From a virus (taxonomy: Duplodnaviria > Heunggongvirae > Uroviricota > Caudoviricetes): a DNA stretch of 30,821 nt. Positions 18,469 through 27,245 of the stretch are shown here, one piece after another. Where the stretch lies: the IMG/VR virus record IMGVR_UViG_2713896904_000004; one strand, 5' to 3'. The notes beneath the pieces are model-generated. The model was given only the letters and a program-made list of their open reading frames with translations. It was not told the DNA's origin and did not search any database. The position numbers and the translations under genes were made by a program. Each line of letters opens with the position of its first letter. The first letter of the stretch is position 1.

Positions 18469-19674
18469 TTACGCCGCTGCAATCTTCAGCAGTTTGATGG
18501 CCTGCGAATCGACCAGCATCCCGCCGGTGCGCTTGGTGGTATAAAAACCGACAAACGGTTTATTGGTGTACGGATCACGCAGAATGCGGGTGCCGATACG
18601 GTCAACGATGGTGTAACCCCGTTTGAAGTTACCAAATGCAATGGCTTTCGCATCAGCGGCGATATCCGGCATCTGTTCGTTTTCAGCGATACCGTAACCC
18701 GCCAGAGAGGACGGCTGCCCCAGTTCCAGCCCCGGACGCCACAGATAATTACCCTCGGTGTCTTTCAGCAGACGGATGGCAAACAGGCTGTTGTTGTTCA
18801 TCATGAACTTCGCGCCAGTGCGGTGTGCCTTTCGCAGCGTGTAAATCAGTTTGATAATGGCGTCTGCGGTCACCGCAGTCGCGTCGCCGGATACAATATG
18901 CTGAAGTTTGCCGAACGCCCGGACCTTATCGGTTTCATCAGTGGATTCATACGCCAGGAACCCTTTTGGCTTCTTGGTGCCATCGCCGGAGGTAAAGGCA
19001 ATTTCTTCCTGTTCGGCAAATTCGGTTGCCAGCTCGCTGTTGATCCAGGCCTCCACGTTGAAAAAGGCATCGTCCAGCATTTTCTGGGTGGCCTGCGGGT
19101 TACCGTAGATTTCCCCCATGAAAGGTTCAATCAGTCCCAGTTTTGAGGTGGCAGTCTGAGAGCGCGCGTCAGTCTCGCCCACCCATCCGGAAGCCGTGCC
19201 GCCCAGATTCACCAGTTTTTTGTAGTCGGAACCGCCAACAGTGATCACCGTGGCTTCCTGGCGCATCACCACTTCATCTTTCAGCAGGGTGAGAATGTTG
19301 CGATCCAGTGCTTCCGGCACGGCATAGCCACCGTCTTCATCGGTGCCCACCTGCAATGCCTTGCGCTCCAGATCGCGCAGACCGTCTTCACGGCCTTTAC
19401 GCAGAAAGCCCACAAACGCCTCTTTGTGCTCTGTGGCCAGTTTATTTTGCGCACCACCTGCCGGACGTTTCAGCTCAAGCAGCTCTTTTTCAAGGTCGCT
19501 TTTGAGATTTTCCAGCTCGCTGAGTTTCCCGTTCAGGGTTTCCACCTGCCCGGCAAGTTTGCCTTTTTCCTGCTCAATCGCATCCACGCGCTTGTCATTC
19601 TTTGCCTTGAAGTCGTCAAACTTCTGCTGCAGCTCCTGCGCGACCTGTTCCACATCTTTAATATCAACCGCCAT
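18469..19674 (-). CDS. Major capsid protein, HK97 family, with N-terminal coiled-coil delta domain, 401 aa
   Basis: Follows the prohead protease; N-terminal 70 aa is coiled-coil-like (scaffold-like delta domain); size typical of HK97-fold capsids. Confidence 0.85.
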   Translation of the reverse strand: MAVDIKDVEQVAQELQQKFDDFKAKNDKRVDAIEQEKGKLAGQVETLNGKLSELENLKSDLEKELLELKRPAGGAQNKLATEHKEAFVGFLRKGREDGLRDLERKALQVGTDEDGGYAVPEALDRNILTLLKDEVVMRQEATVITVGGSDYKKLVNLGGTASGWVGETDARSQTATSKLGLIEPFMGEIYGNPQATQKMLDDAFFNVEAWINSELATEFAEQEEIAFTSGDGTKKPKGFLAYESTDETDKVRAFGKLQHIVSGDATAVTADAIIKLIYTLRKAHRTGAKFMMNNNSLFAIRLLKDTEGNYLWRPGLELGQPSSLAGYGIAENEQMPDIAADAKAIAFGNFKRGYTIVDRIGTRILRDPYTNKPFVGFYTTKRTGGMLVDSQAIKLLKIAAA

Positions 19675-19688
19675 CGTATTTCTCCTGA

Positions 19689-20375
19689 TTAGAAGTTCAG
19701 ATTTTTAAGTGCATTCAGTGCAGAGCCCACATCCTCAGCGTCGCGCAGGGACAGTGCGCCATAGCCCCCGGCCATGAATGCTTTGGCCTGGGTACGGGAG
19801 AGTCCGACATCACGCAGGACTCTTTCGATTTTTTTCTGTTCGGGGATTTCCCCGCGGGCCAGCGCGTTCTTGACGTTGCTGATCCGCGCCTCGTCGTTAG
19901 ACGGGAACGTCACCAGACTGACTTCCCAGAGGTCGATTTCTTTCAACAGAAAGGCTTCTTTGCTCCGATCATATTCCCAGTCTTTCAGGACGTACCCAAT
20001 AGAAAGGCCGGTTAACGAACCGGCCTTCATGTGTGCATGTGCGCGTTTTGCGAGGGGATCATCATCAATGAGCAACCGTCCCCTGACGTAAAGCCCGACA
20101 TCGTCTTCCTTCATTTCGGTGTAAACACCGATGGGTTCATCCATGCGGTGCTGCCAGAGCAGCGCAGGTAACGTTTTTCTGTCACTCCACGCCCGCAGGG
20201 AAGCAGCAAATGCCCCGGACATCACCACATCATCGTGGCTGTCCTTTACACCAAAGACGGAGCCATACCCTTCAAACTCACCGGAGTCACTGACAGATTT
20301 CAGACTCAGCGGTACATCAAGACGTTGTTTCGTCTGCATTGGCGTTATCCTTCTGCTTACCGGCTTTACTGCCAT
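19689..20375 (-). CDS. Prohead protease, HK97 family, 228 aa
   Basis: Between portal and capsid genes; motif GYGSVFGVKDSHDDVV typical of the HK97 protease family; start may be at a downstream Met because of the 58-nt overlap with the portal gene. Confidence 0.8.
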   Translation of the reverse strand: MAVKPVSRRITPMQTKQRLDVPLSLKSVSDSGEFEGYGSVFGVKDSHDDVVMSGAFAASLRAWSDRKTLPALLWQHRMDEPIGVYTEMKEDDVGLYVRGRLLIDDDPLAKRAHAHMKAGSLTGLSIGYVLKDWEYDRSKEAFLLKEIDLWEVSLVTFPSNDEARISNVKNALARGEIPEQKKIERVLRDVGLSRTQAKAFMAGGYGALSLRDAEDVGSALNALKNLNF

Positions 20376-21558
20376 CGGAGGGTTTCGTGGTCATGTTCAT
20401 CGGTGTGAGATAGACATCACCACCGGGACGCGGATTCATATCTTCCAGGTCGCGGCAGTCATTGGGAGAGTAAATTCCCCAGTTAATCCCGGTGGCGTAG
20501 GCTTCAAAACGGGACTTCATATCCCCGCGCAGTAACGCCCCGGTGTTAAATTTGGCGTAATAAACGCCCTGCTTACTTTTTCGTACCAGTCCGGTGTTGA
20601 TCCGCTGTTCGATGCGGGTCAGATACGGCACCAGTGAATAGTTGATAAATCCCAGCCCCAGCTCTTCGATATTGTTGAAGGTGGCGCGATCGGTGTTCTG
20701 CACCATGTGCAAGGGCACACGGAACAGACGACAGATTTCTTCAAGCTGAAACTTGCGGGTTTCCAGGAACTGGCTGTCCTCGGCGTTCAGCGCCATCGAC
20801 TTCCAGTCCAGCCCCATCTCAAGGATCATCGGGCGGTGAGCATTGCCAAGCCCGGTGTGACGCTCCTCAAAATCTTTCTTCAGGCGCTCATAAGCCTGAT
20901 CCGACAGCGTCTGCTCTGTACGCAACACACCGGACGTCACCGCGCCATTGCTGAACAGTCTGGCACCGTGCTCTTCAGTCGCTGCTGCCAGCGATATTGC
21001 CTCGCGGGCATAGGCGATGGGATTCAGTCCCACCAGACCGTCCAGCGTCAGCGTGCGCACATGCCAGATATCCTCCTGGGTCAGCACATCCGTTGAGCCG
21101 TCCGGGAATGTGACCTGATAGACCGGCTCCCAGCTACTGTTAAGCTTCGGTACCACACAGCCGGGATCGACGGGCAGCAGTTCAGCCACTTCGCCAAATG
21201 CTTTCACTTTGTAGGCGTAAAAGTTGCCCCGCAGGCACAGACAGGTGACCACCAGCTCCCAGAACTCCTGCGGCGTCATATAGCCATTAGGATGCGAGGA
21301 GATCAGCTTATGCAGACGTTCGCCAGTGGCTCTCTGCTTCAGACTGCCATTCAGGTGATACAGGTTGCAGGGCAACATCCCGACCGACTCCGCCAGCACC
21401 CTGACGCAGGAAAAAACCGCCGTCAGTCGCATGGCCCGCTGACTGCTGATCTGCTTTCCGGTATAGGTGTCGTAGGACAACCCGATAGCATCCGCCAGCT
21501 CTGCTGGCGTGGTCACCGGTGCGTCACTTTTTCGTTGAAATAATCCCGAAAAGAACAC
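20317..21558 (-). CDS. Portal protein, HK97 family, 413 aa (GTG start)
   Basis: Size and position after the large terminase; acidic C-terminal tail. Confidence 0.85.
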   Translation of the reverse strand: MFFSGLFQRKSDAPVTTPAELADAIGLSYDTYTGKQISSQRAMRLTAVFSCVRVLAESVGMLPCNLYHLNGSLKQRATGERLHKLISSHPNGYMTPQEFWELVVTCLCLRGNFYAYKVKAFGEVAELLPVDPGCVVPKLNSSWEPVYQVTFPDGSTDVLTQEDIWHVRTLTLDGLVGLNPIAYAREAISLAAATEEHGARLFSNGAVTSGVLRTEQTLSDQAYERLKKDFEERHTGLGNAHRPMILEMGLDWKSMALNAEDSQFLETRKFQLEEICRLFRVPLHMVQNTDRATFNNIEELGLGFINYSLVPYLTRIEQRINTGLVRKSKQGVYYAKFNTGALLRGDMKSRFEAYATGINWGIYSPNDCRDLEDMNPRPGGDVYLTPMNMTTKPSDGSKAGKQKDNANADETTS

Positions 21559-21740
21559 TATTTACCTCCACCATCAGACAGCTGTGTACGGTCGAGATAT
21601 CGCGCCACCAGCCACGACCAGAACAGACACAACGCCCCGGCAACAACAAACCCCGCCGGGGGATAAATCAGCCAGGCACCATACGCCAGCAAAAGCGCAC
21701 CCAGCACGCCCACCAGAGGCGCGAGAATCAGCATGATCAT
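21558..21740 (-). CDS. Small hydrophobic protein (60 aa, two predicted membrane helices) between terminase and portal genes
   Basis: [49 protein letters not shown] is almost entirely hydrophobic; fills the gap precisely (stop overlaps the portal start). Confidence 0.4.
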   Translation of the reverse strand: MIMLILAPLVGVLGALLLAYGAWLIYPPAGFVVAGALCLFWSWLVARYLDRTQLSDGGGK

Positions 21741-21751
21741 AATTACCTCAG

Positions 21752-23485
21752 TTAAAGCGAGCGGATCCCATAGGACTCAATGTGGTCAGACAGCGTGTCT
21801 TCTTTCTCGTACAGCATGGCTCTGCCAACCGCCATAATCAGCGCAACTGCACCGTCAATTTTGTTTTCCGCCTGCTCTTTGACGGGCTTCACCACATCAT
21901 CGTTACCCGGAATAGTTTTGCCGACCACGTTGCCGATACACCAGGTCATGATGGGATTGCCATCATGATGAAAGCGCCCCGATTCAATTGCCGCTTCCAG
22001 CTCTTTCATCGGGTCGGACATGTTGGTGTAGTTCTGAATGATAGTGATGGGGTTCAGGTCTTCATCAGCAAGGTCATGTGACAACCCGGTCGCCCCGAAG
22101 GGGTCGATGGGTGACTCACTGACCGGGCTGATTTTGTTCGCCGCTTTGGCCTCCTCGAGGATGTAGCGATAATCCACCTCCGCACCATCGGTAACGGTCA
22201 GAACGCCCATTTCCACCCATTTCTGAAAGCGTTCGGCTGTCCGTCGATCTTCATTTTTCTCGACGCTGTACACCGTGTCATACGGTACCCAGAAACGCGG
22301 GGCCACACTGTAGTAATGCGTTTTACCGTCAATCTCGCGGGTATAAAGTCGCGCCATGCTGTTCATATCCAGCTTACGCGCCAGGTCAAAGGCCAGAATG
22401 CACGGCTGCCCCTCGAACTGCTCAAGGGTCAGTGATTTATCCTCGCAGCTCTGCCAGCTCACCAGGTTGAAATACGCCGAACGCGCCGACACCCAGATAT
22501 TGAGGTGTTTTGTTTTAAAGACGTTTGCCAGACGGGCGTTATTTTTCGCACGCTGCTGCTGACTTAACAAAAATTCGCGATAAACCGACACGCCAATATT
22601 TGGATTGGCTTTTTCCAGCACCTGCGGGTCGGTCCAGTCGTCACCTTCATCAACGGTATAGATGATCCCGAACAGTTCATCGTTAGGCACCGAGCCGTTG
22701 AGCATCTCGATGACTTCCCGCCGCTTGTCGTAGCACGGCCCCTCAATGTTGTACCCGGCGGTGGTGATGGCCCACATCAGTGGCTGACGTCGCGCCCCCA
22801 TCCCGGTAAGCATCGTGGTGTAAAGCGCATCTGTGGCGTGCTCGTGATATTCATCCACCACCGCACAGTGGGGTGATGAACCATCACCGGGGTTACCGAT
22901 CAGCGGTTCAAAACGCGCACCATCCTCCGGACGGTTCATGTTTGAGGCGTTAACCTCAATCCCGAACGCTTCCGTCAGCATGGGTGTGCGTTTACACATC
23001 AGTCTTGCCGGACGAAAGACTTCCCATGCCTGTTTCTCCGTCGTGGCACCGGAATACACTTCCGCGCCGAACTCGTTATCACAGGCAAAACAATACAGGG
23101 CGACACCGGCAGAGATTGCCGATTTGCCGTTCTTACGGGGGATTTCGGTATACACCTCACGGAAGCGGCGCAGCCGGGAGCCTTTATTGACCCAGCCAAA
23201 CGCGCAGCAGATCACAAAGAGCTGCCACGGCTCCAGCGTGATGGGCATCCTCTTGAATGCCCACTCACCCTTGGTGTGCGGCAACAGCTGAATAAATTTG
23301 GCGGCCCGTTCAGCCAGGTCCTTGTCGAAGCGGTAACGAAACGACTTACTTTTTTCCGCCATCAGGTCATCAAGATGGCGCTGGCAGGCCTGAATCACAA
23401 ACTGGCAGGCCACAATCTTTCCGCGCACGACATCACGGGCATACTGATTGGCAGCATTTACGTTGGGGTAAGATTTCCGGCTCAT
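21752..23485 (-). CDS. Terminase large subunit, 577 aa
   Basis: Size and position (ATGA overlap with the small subunit gene, followed by portal); N-terminal ATPase and C-terminal nuclease-length domains. Confidence 0.9.
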   Translation of the reverse strand: MSRKSYPNVNAANQYARDVVRGKIVACQFVIQACQRHLDDLMAEKSKSFRYRFDKDLAERAAKFIQLLPHTKGEWAFKRMPITLEPWQLFVICCAFGWVNKGSRLRRFREVYTEIPRKNGKSAISAGVALYCFACDNEFGAEVYSGATTEKQAWEVFRPARLMCKRTPMLTEAFGIEVNASNMNRPEDGARFEPLIGNPGDGSSPHCAVVDEYHEHATDALYTTMLTGMGARRQPLMWAITTAGYNIEGPCYDKRREVIEMLNGSVPNDELFGIIYTVDEGDDWTDPQVLEKANPNIGVSVYREFLLSQQQRAKNNARLANVFKTKHLNIWVSARSAYFNLVSWQSCEDKSLTLEQFEGQPCILAFDLARKLDMNSMARLYTREIDGKTHYYSVAPRFWVPYDTVYSVEKNEDRRTAERFQKWVEMGVLTVTDGAEVDYRYILEEAKAANKISPVSESPIDPFGATGLSHDLADEDLNPITIIQNYTNMSDPMKELEAAIESGRFHHDGNPIMTWCIGNVVGKTIPGNDDVVKPVKEQAENKIDGAVALIMAVGRAMLYEKEDTLSDHIESYGIRSL

Positions 23486-23985
23486 GATTCGATAATTTTC
23501 AGAAACGGGTTAGTGGCTTTCTTCTGCCCCGCCAGGCCAATCAGACGCTGGCGGCTGCTGGGGTCGAGTCCGAGCATTGCCCCCGTACTGCTCATCTCGG
23601 ACTCCTGTTCTTTTTTGGCGGTCAGCTCCGGATTTTTGACCATACCGCCCATTGCACCGGTGATGGTGTTGCCCTGTCTGGCAATATTTTTCACGGCACG
23701 TCGCCAGAACTCATAGGCCACACACCACCGCTCAAGCACCGCGAGGTCAGTCACGCACAGCAGGCCCTGACCGCAGAGTTCTTTGGTTGTCAGTTGCCAC
23801 ATGATCGTGGCGAGAGGGAGATCTTCTTCAGCGAACCACTCCGGTGGCTCAACACCTTTGATGGGCGTAAAAACAGGTTCATCTTTATTCAGGGCTCGCT
23901 TGCCGGGGTTTCCGGCCAGCGCCTTGCGCGCCGTTGGCTTGGGGCGACGCCCGGAACGCCCCGCCGTTCCAGCCATATGCGGCAC
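23482..23985 (-). CDS. Terminase small subunit (P27-family-like), 167 aa
   Basis: Basic N-terminus [29 protein letters not shown] typical of P27-type small terminases; directly upstream of the large subunit. Confidence 0.8.
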   Translation of the reverse strand: MPHMAGTAGRSGRRPKPTARKALAGNPGKRALNKDEPVFTPIKGVEPPEWFAEEDLPLATIMWQLTTKELCGQGLLCVTDLAVLERWCVAYEFWRRAVKNIARQGNTITGAMGGMVKNPELTAKKEQESEMSSTGAMLGLDPSSRQRLIGLAGQKKATNPFLKIIES

Positions 23986-24101
23986 TCCTGGTTAAATTTC
24001 ATTTTTCGCGGGTATAAAAAAACGATGGGGCGGGCAGTCCGGAAGACGTCAGGCCGCAGGGATTTGACCCGCCCCTCCCCTCAGGCAGTTGAGAATTATT
24101 A
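23986..24101. other. Candidate cos region between the HNH endonuclease and small terminase genes, with inverted repeat GGGGCGGG (24026..24033) / CCCGCCCC (24067..24074)
   Basis: HK97-like phages place cos between the HNH gene and the small terminase gene; a GC-rich inverted repeat is visible in this 116-bp gap. Confidence 0.3.
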
Positions 24102-24452
24102 TCACTTCAACCGTTCACGGGCCGTCTTCGCCTTATGACACGGCCAGCACAGACTCTGCAGATTACAGTCGGCATCAGTGCCGCCATGCGCTTTAGGGAT
24201 GATGTGGTCAACGGTTTTCGCCTCGCGCACCACACCAGCACGCAGGCACAACTGGCACAGGCCTTTGTCACGCTTGAGCACACGTTCACGGATAACATCC
24301 CATTTCGAACCATAACCGCGCTGGTGTCGGGACTGGCCTGGCTTGTATTGCTTCCAGCCTTCGCTTTTGTGGCTTTCGCAGTAGCCTGACGGGTCAGTAG
24401 TGGTATGGCGGCAGCCGCGAACACGGCAGGCTTTTGGGGTTCGTAGGGGCAT
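24102..24452 (-). CDS. HNH endonuclease (terminase-associated), 116 aa
   Basis: Cys/His-rich: CRVRGCRHTT, CESH, and HIIPKAHGGTDADCNLQSLCWPCH. Start chosen at ATG 24452, which has an AAGAGGA Shine-Dalgarno; the track ORF extends to 24515. Confidence 0.8.
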   Translation of the reverse strand: MPLRTPKACRVRGCRHTTTDPSGYCESHKSEGWKQYKPGQSRHQRGYGSKWDVIRERVLKRDKGLCQLCLRAGVVREAKTVDHIIPKAHGGTDADCNLQSLCWPCHKAKTARERLK

Positions 24453-24602
24453 TGCATAATCCTCTTGGATGGTTCGCGTACGATACGTGGCATCCTTCTC
24501 AGAATCGAATCGCACTCCATTCCGGTTTTGCCATAAACGATCTTTTATGCTTCGCTGGATGTAGTTGATAGTTGTTGAAACTCAATGAACAGGAGTTCAC
24601 AA

Positions 24603-24938
24603 ATGAATAGTTATGAATGGGAATGGCTTTTGAACAAAGATGACACCCTATACTTTTTCCCCGTAGGCCATTCTGTAGAAGGTAATTACAAAATTCACTT
24701 TGAGTTGAGCGGTAGTTGTAACCTTAGAGTCTCAGATGCTGAATGGCATGGTAAACCTGTACTGCTGTTCGAATACTTCGATGAAGATGATGACCGCCCT
24801 GCAATAATCGAAATATTAGAAACAACCACTACAACTGTGGAGGCGATGATCGCACATCTGAATAGTATCGATAGTATTTACCATGAACCGATTTACAAAG
24901 CTGTTTACGAGTGGGCTGTAAAGTTTTTCTATCGATGA
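24603..24938 (+). CDS. Hypothetical small acidic protein (111 aa), cargo gene 1 of the Rz-cos island
   Basis: ATG 24603 is preceded by AGGAG at 24591..24595 with 7-nt spacing (track start 24585). AT-rich, opposite strand to phage late genes. No family recognised. Confidence 0.6.
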   Translation: MNSYEWEWLLNKDDTLYFFPVGHSVEGNYKIHFELSGSCNLRVSDAEWHGKPVLLFEYFDEDDDRPAIIEILETTTTTVEAMIAHLNSIDSIYHEPIYKAVYEWAVKFFYR

Positions 24939-24981
24939 TACTTCGTTATCTTTCTGGTATTCACAATACCTTTACATATTA

Positions 24982-25608
24982 ATGACATGCCAGCACAATA
25001 CTGTCACTTACAACCGTTCGGATTACCTAGAGAAAAGTATGATTCAGGATTTACTGATCGAAGCAATTAGTCACGATAGGATGCATAAAAAGTTAAATGA
25101 ACTGAATGGCTACTTCTACAATCGCAAACATGAAACACAAATACGTGATGAGTTAGTTGTTATACTCAATCAAATCAGCACACTAACTGCTTTAAGTGAG
25201 CATCCAAAACTCGGTATCGGCGCTGTTGACATATCACTTTATAACCAGTCGATATTAACGTCTGAACATAATGGCAATGTTGCAACCATCGAGATAAAAC
25301 ACCATTACCCAAAGGATTTACTTTATCGGCAAGTTCAAGAAGACATCATTTCCGATATTTCAAGAGTAATAGTTTCACCAACTACACATTTTATCCATAT
25401 AATCCAGCAAAGAACCAGGATTAATACTCCTTCTTTTGGCCAAGTGAAATTCCTTGAACGTGATGCAAGTGATATCAGCACTTATGTGCAATACCTTGAA
25501 GAGCTAAGTTCATTTCCCAGTAATTTTCATAAAAAAAGTATATGTATTGAGGTACTTGGTGAAATTATGTCGACATATACCTTTAACGTATATTCATTTG
25601 ACAACTGA
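24982..25608 (+). CDS. Hypothetical protein (208 aa), cargo gene 2 of the Rz-cos island; possible PD-(D/E)xK-like nuclease motif
   Basis: AT-rich ORF. GIGAVDISLY followed 21 residues later by TIEIKHH gives a hydrophobic-D ... E-x-K pattern. Alternative start at ATG 25039 (MIQDLL). Confidence 0.55.
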   Translation: MTCQHNTVTYNRSDYLEKSMIQDLLIEAISHDRMHKKLNELNGYFYNRKHETQIRDELVVILNQISTLTALSEHPKLGIGAVDISLYNQSILTSEHNGNVATIEIKHHYPKDLLYRQVQEDIISDISRVIVSPTTHFIHIIQQRTRINTPSFGQVKFLERDASDISTYVQYLEELSSFPSNFHKKSICIEVLGEIMSTYTFNVYSFDN

Positions 25609-25629
25609 TCAATTTGACAATTTTATTGC

Positions 25630-25887
25630 TTAATGGTTAGTTCTCTCTGCATCTATTTTACGAATATCAGCTTTATCCCGATTGCAGTTAGCCAGTGCAG
25701 ACAACAGACTCACATTCAGCTCCAGGCTGGCACCATACGTCAGAGGATTTGGTATGAACGGTACAGGTGTTTCAGAAGTCAGACTAGTCGGTAATGTTGT
25801 AGCCGGAGTGCTCACGTAAACTGTCCGCGTACTTCCGCAACCGCTCAGCAGCGGCAGCAGGCACAAGGCGTGCAGCACAATCATCAT
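25630..25887 (-). CDS. Rz1-like outer-membrane spanin lipoprotein (o-spanin), overlapping the 3' end of Rz in another frame
   Basis: Signal peptide with lipobox MMIVLHALCLLPLLSGC, then a Pro/Thr-rich mature region; starts inside the Rz-like gene and runs past its stop. Confidence 0.6.
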   Translation of the reverse strand: MMIVLHALCLLPLLSGCGSTRTVYVSTPATTLPTSLTSETPVPFIPNPLTYGASLELNVSLLSALANCNRDKADIRKIDAERTNH

Positions 25888-26164
25888 CCGCAACAGCCAC
25901 TTTGATATCTTTCTGGGTTCTCTGTGACTCCAGTGCGATCTGCTGTTTTGCATGCTGGTTAACCTCTATAACTGTATTGACGATTTGCAGTGATTGCAGG
26001 ACGTTACGGGTAATGGCTGTTGCAGATTCAGCATTTTGTACAGCCTCATCAGCACGTTTCTTTTCGTGCTGATATTTGCTGTAGTAGTGGTTGGCAGACC
26101 AGATGAAAGAACCGATGACAGTAAAGATGAATGCAGAGATAGCCAGCTTATAGCTCAACTTCAT
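25784..26164 (-). CDS. Rz-like inner-membrane spanin (i-spanin), 126 aa
   Basis: N-terminal transmembrane helix LAISAFIFTVIGSFIW followed by a charged coiled-coil-like region; immediately downstream of the endolysin with overlap. Confidence 0.7.
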   Translation of the reverse strand: MKLSYKLAISAFIFTVIGSFIWSANHYYSKYQHEKKRADEAVQNAESATAITRNVLQSLQIVNTVIEVNQHAKQQIALESQRTQKDIKVAVADDDCAARLVPAAAAERLRKYADSLREHSGYNITD

Positions 26165-26624
26165 TTACCACCCCACCAGCCTCTTTAAACCGGGAAATCA
26201 GGTCACCGATTTTATGTTCATACTGACCGTAACCTGCACCAGGTAACGACGCCCAGATATTGCTGCAACGATCGATAGCCTGACGAATATCGCCGCGATC
26301 AATCATCGGTAAAGCGCCACGCTCTTTAATCTGCTGTAATGCAACAGCATCCTGGCTTTTAGGAGAGAAGTCTGTCAGCCCTAACTGCTTGCGGTAAGCA
26401 TCCCACCAGCGCGAAAGAAGTTGATAACGGCCTGCAGCTGTTGATTTGAGTTTCGGGTTTAGCGTGACAAGCTTGCGAGGGTGATCGGAGTAATCAGTGA
26501 AGAGTTCTCCACCGACAATAACATCATAACCGTGGTTACGTGTCGGTTGTCGCCCGTTATCCGTTCCTTCTGACCATGCCACCATATCGAGGAAAGCTTT
26601 ACGCTGGGAATTTAGTACCTGCAT
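26148..26624 (-). CDS. Endolysin, lambda R-like lytic transglycosylase, 158 aa
   Basis: Near-identical by recall to lambda R (NQRKAFLDM-AWSEGTDNGRQ-TRNHGYDVIVGGELFTDYSDHPRKLVTLNPKLKST-AGRYQLLSRWWDAYRKQLGL-DFSPKSQDAVALQQIKERGALPMIDRGDIRQAIDRCSNIWASLPGAGYGQ) and the same length. Confidence 0.88.
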   Translation of the reverse strand: MQVLNSQRKAFLDMVAWSEGTDNGRQPTRNHGYDVIVGGELFTDYSDHPRKLVTLNPKLKSTAAGRYQLLSRWWDAYRKQLGLTDFSPKSQDAVALQQIKERGALPMIDRGDIRQAIDRCSNIWASLPGAGYGQYEHKIGDLISRFKEAGGVVNEVEL

Positions 26625-26627
26625 AAA

Positions 26628-26954
26628 TTACTCCTTAGAGCCACCAAACTTATTACCGATTACTCTCATTGCAGCCCCACGAATAGCATCGACCCCGATC
26701 AGCCCAACGCCGCCACCAATGGCAACAGAAAGAGATTTAGGCCATCCGACATACTCAAGAGCGGATGCAAAAGTCAGCGTCAGAGCACCACAGAGCAAAA
26801 TCTCGAGCGTTTTTCGTTTCCAGCCACCACCACCGCCAAAATAGGCAATGCGCAAGCCAGCCATAACGATCGACATAATCACTGCGCCCAGCGGTGTGTC
26901 TCCACGCCACCAGCTCTGGACCAACTCCAGCCAGGTATTTGGGTTATGAGGCAT
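26628..26954 (-). CDS. Holin (class I-like, three predicted membrane helices), 108 aa
   Basis: Immediately upstream of the endolysin with a 3-nt gap; three hydrophobic helices and a charged C-terminus. Not lambda S by sequence. Confidence 0.7.
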   Translation of the reverse strand: MPHNPNTWLELVQSWWRGDTPLGAVIMSIVMAGLRIAYFGGGGGWKRKTLEILLCGALTLTFASALEYVGWPKSLSVAIGGGVGLIGVDAIRGAAMRVIGNKFGGSKE

Positions 26955-27106
26955 TTGTAGTTATCTCTCACCTCGCTGATACAGCAGGTGCAAATTGAGG
27001 AAACATCATGTACCGCAAATCAGATGCGGAAACGTCAAAGAAGCCGAGTCAATGGATAACTGCGGGATAGGCTAGGACCAAGGAATCCCCAGACCCAGAA
27101 ACGACA

Positions 27107-27128
27107 AAACCCGCTCGATGGCGGGTTT
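27107..27128 (-). terminator. Hairpin AAACCCGC-CATCGA-GCGGGTTT followed by TGTCGTTTC on the minus strand; candidate tR'-like terminator upstream of the holin
   Basis: 8-bp stem, 6-nt loop, U-rich tail only in the minus-strand orientation; lies in the 290-bp gap between the cargo operon start and the holin start. Confidence 0.4.
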
Positions 27129-27192
27129 AAGCTGTGTGGCGAAGTGAGCACACTTAACAGATTACGATATTTTTTGCGTACGCGTTAGTGTT

Positions 27193-27233
27193 TTGATAGA
27201 ATTTTCAGCCACATAAAAATTCATTCTTATAAT
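27193..27233 (+). promoter_or_regulatory. Candidate sigma70 promoter elements for the cargo operon (TTGATA at 27193..27198 with AAAAAT 17 bp downstream; TATAAT at 27228..27233)
   Basis: Hexamers seen directly in the AT-rich region just upstream of ATG 27246; spacing for the TATAAT hexamer relative to TTGATA is non-canonical, so the exact promoter is uncertain. Confidence 0.3.
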
Positions 27234-27245
27234 TCGGGATATATA

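Noticed and set aside
24107-24520. 137-aa minus-strand ORF in an alternative frame over the HNH gene
   Set aside because: Overlaps the HNH endonuclease frame almost entirely; the HNH frame carries the Cys/His motifs and a good Shine-Dalgarno, this frame has neither.
26628-26954. Possibility that the holin is lambda S
   Set aside because: The endolysin is lambda R-like, but this 108-aa holin does not match the lambda S sequence as I recall it; called only as a class I-like holin.
27008-27070. 20-codon plus-strand ORF (MYRKSDAETSKKPSQWITAG) with an upstream GAGG in the cargo-holin intergenic region
   Set aside because: Too short to support without conservation or expression data; could be a leader peptide but is speculative.
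27129-27245. Exact minus-strand late promoter (pR') hexamers upstream of the terminator-like hairpin
   Set aside because: Several weak -35/-10 combinations are possible in this AT-rich stretch and none is convincing by eye; only the hairpin is reported.
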